A stretch of DNA of 60,224 nucleotides, counting the filler, from Actinomycetota bacterium (lineage in GTDB: Bacteria; Actinomycetota; CADDZG01; JAHWKV01; JAOPZY01): NCBI GenBank assembly GCA_025963875.1. It is 5 parts of 5 records of this genome, joined end to end, with 100 filler letters (N's around TTAATTAATTAA, not from the genome) between each part and the next. Parts side by side here need not be neighbours in the genome. Positions count along the whole stretch, not along the records: positions 48,505 to 54,141 come from JAOPZY010000243.1; positions 54,242 to 60,224 come from JAOPZY010000047.1; 3 more parts are not named here. One strand, given 5' to 3'. Positions within the stretch are counted from its first letter, which is position 1, and each line of letters begins with the position of its first letter. Made by a program: the position numbers and the translations under genes. The notes under the pieces were generated by a model. The model saw only the letters and a program-made list of their open reading frames with translations. It searched no databases and was not told where the DNA came from. Shown piece by piece: positions 51,289 to 60,224 of the stretch.

Positions 51289-51564
51289 CTAGAGGCCGGG
51301 CCAGTCCTTCTTCGTGGACGCCTTCTTCAGGGCGTCCTCGAAGCTCGCTTTCGCGGGCGGGGGTGGGGGGTCGTCGAGCGACCGCTTGCCCTTCAGGGTG
51401 CCCGCGGCCCGGAGCACGTCGTCGAGGCTCTTGCGGGGTGCCCCGTCGATGCGGATGCGGATGGCCGCGAGCACTTCCGCATGCACGTCGCTCAGACCCT
51501 GGTTGCGGTCGATCTCCGCCAGGGTTGCCTCGGCCCGCCGGAGGAGCGCCTCGTCACCGTCCAT
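51289..51564 (-). CDS. Small hypothetical protein, leaderless
   Basis: 91 aa, TACAAT 6 nt before the ATG; repeated (K/R/A)S(L/F)(D/E)D motif. Confidence 0.65.
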   Translation of the reverse strand: MDGDEALLRRAEATLAEIDRNQGLSDVHAEVLAAIRIRIDGAPRKSLDDVLRAAGTLKGKRSLDDPPPPPAKASFEDALKKASTKKDWPGL

Positions 51565-51597
51565 ACTGCGATTGTAAGCGGTGCCCATAATGGGGGC
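51565..51597. promoter_or_regulatory. Back-to-back -10 elements for two leaderless genes
   Basis: TACAAT (minus, 51571-51576) and CATAAT (plus, 51586-51591), each 6 nt from an ATG. Confidence 0.65.
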
Positions 51598-54141
<2,544 letters not shown>

Positions 54142-54241
54142 NNNNNNNNNNNNNNNNNNNNNNNNNNNNNNNNNNNNNNNNNNNNTTAATTAATTAANNN
54201 NNNNNNNNNNNNNNNNNNNNNNNNNNNNNNNNNNNNNNNNN
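54142..54241. other. Artificial contig linker
   Basis: N-TTAATTAATTAA-N. Confidence 0.98.
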
Positions 54242-54493
54242 TCGATCAAGCCCATCCTCAACGTGTCGAGGCCGGTGGACGGGGGTTCGTTCCACCCGAC
54301 CGGGGACGGCCAGCGTCAGCTCGCCGCGCTCGTCGCCTGCTACCTGGATCTCAACCGCCAACCGCCCAACGCCTTCGTGGGAGGCCCGCCGCGCCCGCTC
54401 ACGGTCAGCGGGATCGCCGAGCCGTCGGCGCTGGGCCTCGTCGCCGCCCCGGGCTCGAACGCCGCCCCACTACACTGCGCAGGTGTCGGCTGA
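54242..54493 (+). CDS. SGNH/GDSL hydrolase, C-terminal fragment
   Basis: Block V-like GSFHPTGDGQRQLA. Confidence 0.6.
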   Translation, partial: SIKPILNVSRPVDGGSFHPTGDGQRQLAALVACYLDLNRQPPNAFVGGPPRPLTVSGIAEPSALGLVAAPGSNAAPLHCAGVG

Positions 54494-54710
54494 GTAGGTC
54501 CGATAATTCCAATACGACACCGATCCGTATCAGATACGTGCTATTACGTGCTATGCTGACAGGAGAGAAGCACGTCCGCGGGCTACTGGCAGCACGCCTG
54601 CAGCACCGATCACCGTAACCAGCTCTCCTCGAGGAGGATCGAGCCACGGTATTTCGGCGCGTAGGCGTAGAAGCACACGAGGCGTAACCCGCAGAAAGGA
54701 TGGCGAGACG

Positions 54711-55235
54711 ATGGCGGATGACCAGAAGGATCTCGCCGCTCTGAATGCGGCCCGACGGGCCTTGGGCGGCGGCGACAACCCCCTTCCTGCGGGTACCGGC
54801 ACGCTCCAGCGGCAGGCCGATCAGCTCGCCAGCATGGGCGACTGGGGACCCGGAGCCGAGGACGTGAACCGCCGTCTTCTCGAGGTGGATCCTCAGCGCA
54901 AGGTTGCCATGACCCGGCTCGCCAGATGCCTCAGAGAGAAGGGTGACGGCGAGGCCGCCGAGGCGCTCTACGTCGAAATCCTCGCTCTCGACCCCGCCAA
55001 CATGATTGCCTCCAACTTCCTTCGGGGTCTCAGGCTCAAGCGTGAGCGGGTCGTCGCTGACGAAGTGGAAGCCGCCGTTGCGGCCAGGAAGGCCGCTGCG
55101 GCAGCCAAGAAGGCTGAGAACGTCATCAAGAGGGCCGCCGCTGCCACGAAGAAGGCCGAGAACGCCGCCAAGAAAGAGGCCAGCGCGGCCAAGAAGGCCG
55201 CCGCCCCCATTGCGGAGCCAGCCTTCAGCGACTAA
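54711..55235 (+). CDS. TPR-like protein with Lys/Ala-rich tail
   Basis: AMTRLARCL...AEALYVEILALDPANMIA; AAKKAEN repeats. Confidence 0.75.
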   Translation: MADDQKDLAALNAARRALGGGDNPLPAGTGTLQRQADQLASMGDWGPGAEDVNRRLLEVDPQRKVAMTRLARCLREKGDGEAAEALYVEILALDPANMIASNFLRGLRLKRERVVADEVEAAVAARKAAAAAKKAENVIKRAAAATKKAENAAKKEASAAKKAAAPIAEPAFSD

Positions 55236-55264
55236 CTCCGCTAGCACATGCCGACGGGCCGTCC

Positions 55265-58240
55265 CTACGGGCAGTTGCCGATGTCGCTCTCGGACGACGC
55301 GACGATCACGTCCACCTTCGCAAGGCCGAGGACGTCGAGGGTGGCGTGCACGGCGTTCACCGTGAGGCCCCTGTCGGGAGTGCTGAACGGGATCTGCTCG
55401 TTGAGGACCAGCTTCACCAGGCCGACGGTGATCGTCGTATTGGGGGCGACCTGTGTCGGTGTGGAGATCACCACGTTGTTGCCGACCGCGAGGTAGTCGA
55501 TGGTGGTGGTGCCGGTTGACCCATCGCACCTGGTCGTCGACGTCGACTTGACGGCTCGCACGGTGATCGTCGGGGAGGCCGGGCGCTCGTCGTCAGACTC
55601 GCTCTCGCGGTCCTCGTCCTGGCCCTTCTCGTCGTCGTCGTAGGAGTGGCTCTTCAGGTAAGAGTCCCTTGTCACGTAAGAATCTCTCGCCACGCCGGAC
55701 TCGCTCGTCATGTAATCGGTAATCACGTACGAGAGACTCTTCTGCTCGTACGGGTCGCTCTCAACGCAGGAGTGACCCTTTCCGGAAGACGCGCCCCCGT
55801 AGACTTCGCCCTTCCCGTGGCGGTCAGCCGTCTTGTCGGGGTCGCTCATCGTGCACGAGCGGTCGAGCGTCCCCACGGTAGCCTCGGCGAGCGACGCGCT
55901 GGCCGTCGACTTGCCGGGGAATCCGTCCGTGGTGACGTTGGCACAGAGAACCTTGGCGCTCAGCAGGTCGCCGAGTTTCGCCACACACGGCGTGGACGTG
56001 CTCGACGAGGAGGTCGTGGAGATGGCGCCGGTGTCGGGTGTCGGGCTTACCTTGACGAGCTTGCCGAGGACAGACGTCACCGTGGCCGACAGCCCGTAGG
56101 CACGTCCCGTCATGCGCTGTCCGGTGACGATGACCGGCTCACTGCCACAAGGTGATGTGACGGACTCGTTGCTGGCGTCGCCGCCGTAGGTGGCCACCCA
56201 GTTGTGGGGGCCTGCTGCTCCCACGGTCACCTCGCCCGAGGAGGCGCTGCCGCCGCCGACCGAGCCGGTCTTGGTGGCGATCGGCGTCTTGCAGGTCGGG
56301 TCGCCCGGTGCGTAGAGGGTGAAGACCACCGAACCTGCCGGCGAGAAGCCCCCACGCAACGTGGCGGCGTCGGAGACCTTGCCTCCTGCAGGCACGGAGC
56401 CCGATGGGGTGGTGGAGATGGACGGCGTTGCCCTGGTGACCGCTACGGTCTCACTGCCACAGGGTGAGGTGACGGCGTTGTTGGTGGCGTCACCGTTGTA
56501 CGTCGCTACCCAGTTGTACGTGCCCACACCCCCGGCGGGGACGTTGCCCGAGGAAGCCGTGCCGGTGGCGACCGTGCCGGTGGTCGTGCCGATCGGCGTG
56601 GTGCAGGTGGGGTCGCCGGGAGCGAACAGCTGGAAGGTCACGCTGCCCCCGGGGTTCAGGCCACCGGAGACCGTCGCCGTGTCGGAAACGGCGCCGCCTG
56701 CCGGTACCGAGCCGGACGCCGTCGTCGTGATGCTGGGGCTGTACTTTGCGACGATGAACGGCTCCGCTCCGCAGCCTGAGCTCACTGGGCTGTTGTTTGG
56801 ATCGCCGCCGTACGTGGCGACCCAGTTGTACGTGCCGGGGCCCCCAACTCCCACGTTGCCGGATGAGGCGATGCCGCCGGCCAAGGTGGCGTCCTGACTG
56901 GCAATCGGGGTCTGGCAGGTTGTGTCGCCCGGAGCAAACAGCTGGAAGGACACGCTGCCCCCCGGGTTGGAGCCGCCCGCGAGCGTGGCCGAGTCGGAGG
57001 CGATGCCGCCTGCCGGCACCGGGTTCGCCGCCGCGGTGGAGATGGTTGGGCTGGCTTTGACCCAGGTCTTTGCGGCGGAGGCCACCGCAGCACAGGGAGG
57101 CCCGGACGGCTCGTAGCAGGCGCTGATCATGTCGGAGCCGAGAGCGGTGCCGGTGTACGTGAATGTGGCATCTCCGCTCGGATCGGTGGTGCCGGAGCCG
57201 CTGGTGGAGTTGGGTCCGGTGACCGTGAAGTCGACCGGTGCGCTGGGGATGCTGTTGCCTTTCGTATCGGTCAGGCGCGCCGTCACCGTGTGCGTCGTCC
57301 CAACCGGGTTGGTCGCCGACGCAGGAGAGACGGACAGCTTGAAGTTCACGGGGGTCGCCCCGGGCACGCAGTTCACTGACGGGCTCGGGACAAAGCCGAC
57401 CGTCAGGTTGTCGAGGAAGGTGGCCGAGTCGAGACGGTGATCCCCCTGGTCAAAGATCGAAAAGTAGACGGAGTGAGGCCCTGGTGTCACCTGGGTGGAG
57501 GCGTGGAGGAGGCCGGTCGCACCACCAGCGTTGCCGGGCGGCGCGAAGAAGTTGGCGTTGTACGACTGGGTCCCGTTGAAGGCGGTCCCTGCCCCGTTCG
57601 CCGCCGTCATGCTGCCGAGGCCGGTGGAGTTGATGCTGACGGCCTGGTGCGAGCTGTCGAAGGCAAAGTCATCGGGGGCGGTGATCGTCGATCCCGATGT
57701 GGTCCATGTGGACGTATCCAGCTCGGCGACGAAGGCATCGTTGTAGCCGGTGTTCACGAACCCCGGGTACTCCTCCGAGAGGAACTTGAAGTCGAAGGTC
57801 AAGCAGTTGGCGCCGGGCTGGACAGTGAGGTCGGCCTTCAGCACCGTGACGTCGAAGTCCGTGTTGCCTCGGATGTTGCCGCCGTGGAGATCGGTGTTGG
57901 CGAAGGTGGCCGTGTTGGGCACGGACTTGACGTTGCCGGTCGTGAGGATGCCGAAGCTCGAGCCCTCGGTGGGAAACTCAGCCAGCGGCGTGGTTGACGT
58001 GCCGTTCGGCGTGCCGCCGGGAGCGGCGACGAACGATGCGCCGGTGATGGTTGCCGATGGGGCTGCGATCGCCTGGGCGATGGCCAGCGCCCCGCTCGGC
58101 CCCGTCTGGGGTATGACGTCCGCGAGTGCTGGGGCTGCGCCGATCGCGACGGTCAGCCCGGAAACGAGGCTGACCAACAAAGCCACCTGGCCCGCGGCCC
58201 GCACGGCGGAACGGCGTCGCTGTTGCTGGTTGCCGACCAT
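55265..58240 (-). CDS. Large secreted protein: choice-of-anchor-L-like domain, Ig-like domain, three ~100-aa repeats, choice-of-anchor-P-like C-terminus
   Basis: Signal peptide (APALA-D), FKFLSEEYP..YNDAF, three F.L.APGD.TC..PI...NWVATY.GD..N..V.S.CG.E repeats. Confidence 0.8.
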   Translation of the reverse strand: MVGNQQQRRRSAVRAAGQVALLVSLVSGLTVAIGAAPALADVIPQTGPSGALAIAQAIAAPSATITGASFVAAPGGTPNGTSTTPLAEFPTEGSSFGILTTGNVKSVPNTATFANTDLHGGNIRGNTDFDVTVLKADLTVQPGANCLTFDFKFLSEEYPGFVNTGYNDAFVAELDTSTWTTSGSTITAPDDFAFDSSHQAVSINSTGLGSMTAANGAGTAFNGTQSYNANFFAPPGNAGGATGLLHASTQVTPGPHSVYFSIFDQGDHRLDSATFLDNLTVGFVPSPSVNCVPGATPVNFKLSVSPASATNPVGTTHTVTARLTDTKGNSIPSAPVDFTVTGPNSTSGSGTTDPSGDATFTYTGTALGSDMISACYEPSGPPCAAVASAAKTWVKASPTISTAAANPVPAGGIASDSATLAGGSNPGGSVSFQLFAPGDTTCQTPIASQDATLAGGIASSGNVGVGGPGTYNWVATYGGDPNNSPVSSGCGAEPFIVAKYSPSITTTASGSVPAGGAVSDTATVSGGLNPGGSVTFQLFAPGDPTCTTPIGTTTGTVATGTASSGNVPAGGVGTYNWVATYNGDATNNAVTSPCGSETVAVTRATPSISTTPSGSVPAGGKVSDAATLRGGFSPAGSVVFTLYAPGDPTCKTPIATKTGSVGGGSASSGEVTVGAAGPHNWVATYGGDASNESVTSPCGSEPVIVTGQRMTGRAYGLSATVTSVLGKLVKVSPTPDTGAISTTSSSSTSTPCVAKLGDLLSAKVLCANVTTDGFPGKSTASASLAEATVGTLDRSCTMSDPDKTADRHGKGEVYGGASSGKGHSCVESDPYEQKSLSYVITDYMTSESGVARDSYVTRDSYLKSHSYDDDEKGQDEDRESESDDERPASPTITVRAVKSTSTTRCDGSTGTTTIDYLAVGNNVVISTPTQVAPNTTITVGLVKLVLNEQIPFSTPDRGLTVNAVHATLDVLGLAKVDVIVASSESDIGNCP

Positions 58241-58397
58241 ACAGGGCTCCTGATCTCTCGGGTCGAATGAGGAATTCGGATGGGGGACGGACCCGCGTTC
58301 GATCCATCACGACCCCTCTTTGTCTGCTGTCGGCCGGATGACGGTGGACTCAAGGGGGGCGTCGAGAAAGTTCTCGCGACGCAGGTAGCATCGATCT

Positions 58398-60224
58398 GTG
58401 GCACACATCCTTGGAGCCGAGGCCCTGCATCTCGAGTTCCCGACCGGCGTGCTATTCGACTCGTTGAGCCTGGGCATCAACGAGGGCGACCGCATTGGCA
58501 TCGTCGGTCGCAATGGTGACGGCAAGTCGACCCTGCTCCGCCTGCTCGCCGGACGCCTGCAACCGGATACCGGGCGGGTGACGATGCGGCGCGGTACCAC
58601 CGTCGGGACGCTCGACCAGTCGGAGACATTCGACGCCGGTACGACGGTTGGCCGTGCCATCGTTGGCGATAGGGACGAGCACGTGTGGGCTCGAGATGCG
58701 CGTGTGCGAGACGTCATCGACGGCCTCGTGTCGAGCCTTCCATGGGACGCAGCCGTCGACTCTCTCAGTGGTGGCCAGCGCCGGAGGGTGGCCCTGGCCG
58801 CAACGCTGGTCGGGGACCACGACCTCTTGCTCCTGGACGAGCCGACCAACCATATGGATGTCGAGGGCATCGCCTGGCTCGCCGAGCACCTGAAGCGGCG
58901 CTGGTCGGCAAATGTCGGCGGTCTGGTGATCGTGACCCACGACCGATGGTTCCTCGACGAGGTCTGCACCACGACGTGGGAAGTGCACGACCGGGTTGTC
59001 GAAGCGTTCGAGGGCGGGTATGCGGCGTACGTCCTGCAACGCGTTGAGCGCGACCGGGTAGCGGCAGCGTCCGAAGCCAAGCGCCAGAACCTCATGCGCA
59101 AGGAGCTGGCATGGCTCCGCCGAGGCCCGCCGGCGAGGACGACGAAGCCGAAGTTCCGCATCGATGCGGCCAACGCGTTGATTGCCAACGAGCCGCCCGT
59201 CCGTGACACCGTCGCGCTGTATCAGATGGCGACGAGCCGGCTTGGCAGGGATGTCGTGGATCTGCTGAATGCCTCCGTCTCCTTCGGCGACCATCAGGTG
59301 CTGAGGAACATCGAGTGGCGTATCGCTCCGGGCGAGCGGACCGGCATCCTCGGCGTCAACGGCGCCGGCAAGTCCACGTTGCTCAACCTGGTCACGGGGG
59401 CTGTGCCGCCAAGCACCGGTGAGGTCAGGCGGGGCAAGACCGTGAAGGTAGCGAGGCTGAGCCAGGAGTCGAGCGAGCTGGATGCCCTGGGCAGCGAGCC
59501 GGTTCGCGACGTTCTCCAGACGAGGCGCACCACCTACGTCGCAGGTGGGAAGGAACTGACGCCGGCGCAGTTGCTCGAGCGGCTTGGCTTTACGAACGCG
59601 CATCTCTCCACCCCGGTGAGAAGGCTCTCCGGTGGCCAGAAGCGCCGCCTGCACCTGCTGTTGATCTTGCTGGAGGAACCCAACGTCCTCGTACTGGATG
59701 AACCTTCCAACGATCTGGACACCGAGATGCTGGCCGTCATGGAGGACCTTCTCGATTCATGGCCCGGGACCCTCCTGGTCGCCTCCCACGACCGGTATTT
59801 CATCGAGCGGGTGACCGATCAGCAGTATGCGTTGATCGACGGAGGGCTCCGCCACCTCCCTGGCGGTGTCGAGGAGTACCTCACGCTCCGGCGGGACGGC
59901 ACGCAGGCCGAAGGGAAGGCCGCGCGGGCATCCCAGCAGACCGCTACGAGCAGCAGCAGGGGAGCGACCCGAAGGCAGGAAGTCGCGGTGCAGCGCGCCG
60001 CAATCAAGGAGCTGGCAGCGGTCGAACGCAGGCTTGCCAAGATCCCCCAGGAGATTCACGAGGTCAACACCCGTATCGCTGAGCATGACCAACGTGACTA
60101 CATGGGAGTTGCTGCGCACATAGAGGAGCTCAACAGTCTGGAGTCCAAGCTGTCGGACTTGGAAACCCGGTGGCTCGAGCTGACCGAACAGCTGGAGGGG
60201 ACCACCGGAGGCCCTGCACGTGCA
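58398..60224 (+). CDS. ABC-F family ATPase (Uup-like), no stop inside window
   Basis: Manual reading from GTG 58398: GRNGDGKS, LSGGQ, LDEPTNH, ELAWLRRGPPARTTKPKFRI, GVNGAGKS, C-terminal coiled coil; absent from the ORF track. Confidence 0.92.
   Translation, partial: MAHILGAEALHLEFPTGVLFDSLSLGINEGDRIGIVGRNGDGKSTLLRLLAGRLQPDTGRVTMRRGTTVGTLDQSETFDAGTTVGRAIVGDRDEHVWARDARVRDVIDGLVSSLPWDAAVDSLSGGQRRRVALAATLVGDHDLLLLDEPTNHMDVEGIAWLAEHLKRRWSANVGGLVIVTHDRWFLDEVCTTTWEVHDRVVEAFEGGYAAYVLQRVERDRVAAASEAKRQNLMRKELAWLRRGPPARTTKPKFRIDAANALIANEPPVRDTVALYQMATSRLGRDVVDLLNASVSFGDHQVLRNIEWRIAPGERTGILGVNGAGKSTLLNLVTGAVPPSTGEVRRGKTVKVARLSQESSELDALGSEPVRDVLQTRRTTYVAGGKELTPAQLLERLGFTNAHLSTPVRRLSGGQKRRLHLLLILLEEPNVLVLDEPSNDLDTEMLAVMEDLLDSWPGTLLVASHDRYFIERVTDQQYALIDGGLRHLPGGVEEYLTLRRDGTQAEGKAARASQQTATSSSRGATRRQEVAVQRAAIKELAAVERRLAKIPQEIHEVNTRIAEHDQRDYMGVAAHIEELNSLESKLSDLETRWLELTEQLEGTTGGPARA

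Noticed and set aside
51276..51292. CTAGAT tandem repeat between convergent genes
   Set aside because: Under three units, overlapping a stop codon; no evidence of function.

Overview
High-GC actinobacterial DNA, judged from a Cheo-type LexA box, GlnR boxes, leaderless genes and a DUF222-HNH protein. It is made of five contigs joined by artificial N-TTAATTAATTAA-N linkers (22890-22989, 37180-37279, 48405-48504, 54142-54241), so adjacency across linkers is meaningless. Contig 1 (1-22889) is accessory: metal-handling genes, a MerR-REC/KaiC-like/NUDIX operon beside MEDS, LAL-LuxR and PAS genes, a degraded integrative-element remnant, a hybrid kinase and a broken chemotaxis cluster. Contig 2 has XRE/NB-ARC paralogues, gltB with an attenuator-like leader, a decaying ABC/DesKR-type operon, a SOS-boxed DUF222-HNH gene and a GlnR-boxed narK. 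Contig 3 (37280-48404) is the most unusual part. It has three ~285-bp direct repeats plus one partial copy. Each repeat has a sigma70-type promoter, the 5' half of tRNA-Ala(UGC) cut at the anticodon, and a conserved non-tRNA arm. Together these form a symmetric GCTCAG-N19-GC-N19-CTGTGC site. The repeats separate small cargo blocks (toxin-antitoxin genes, secreted proteins, an eCIS-type effector) and there is no recombinase on the contig, which suggests an integron-like cassette array built by repeated integration at tRNA-Ala. Contig 4 has fumC, a FIST protein and acnA. Contig 5 has a large secreted repeat protein and an ABC-F ATPase. All family calls come from motif recognition by eye; no searches were run.
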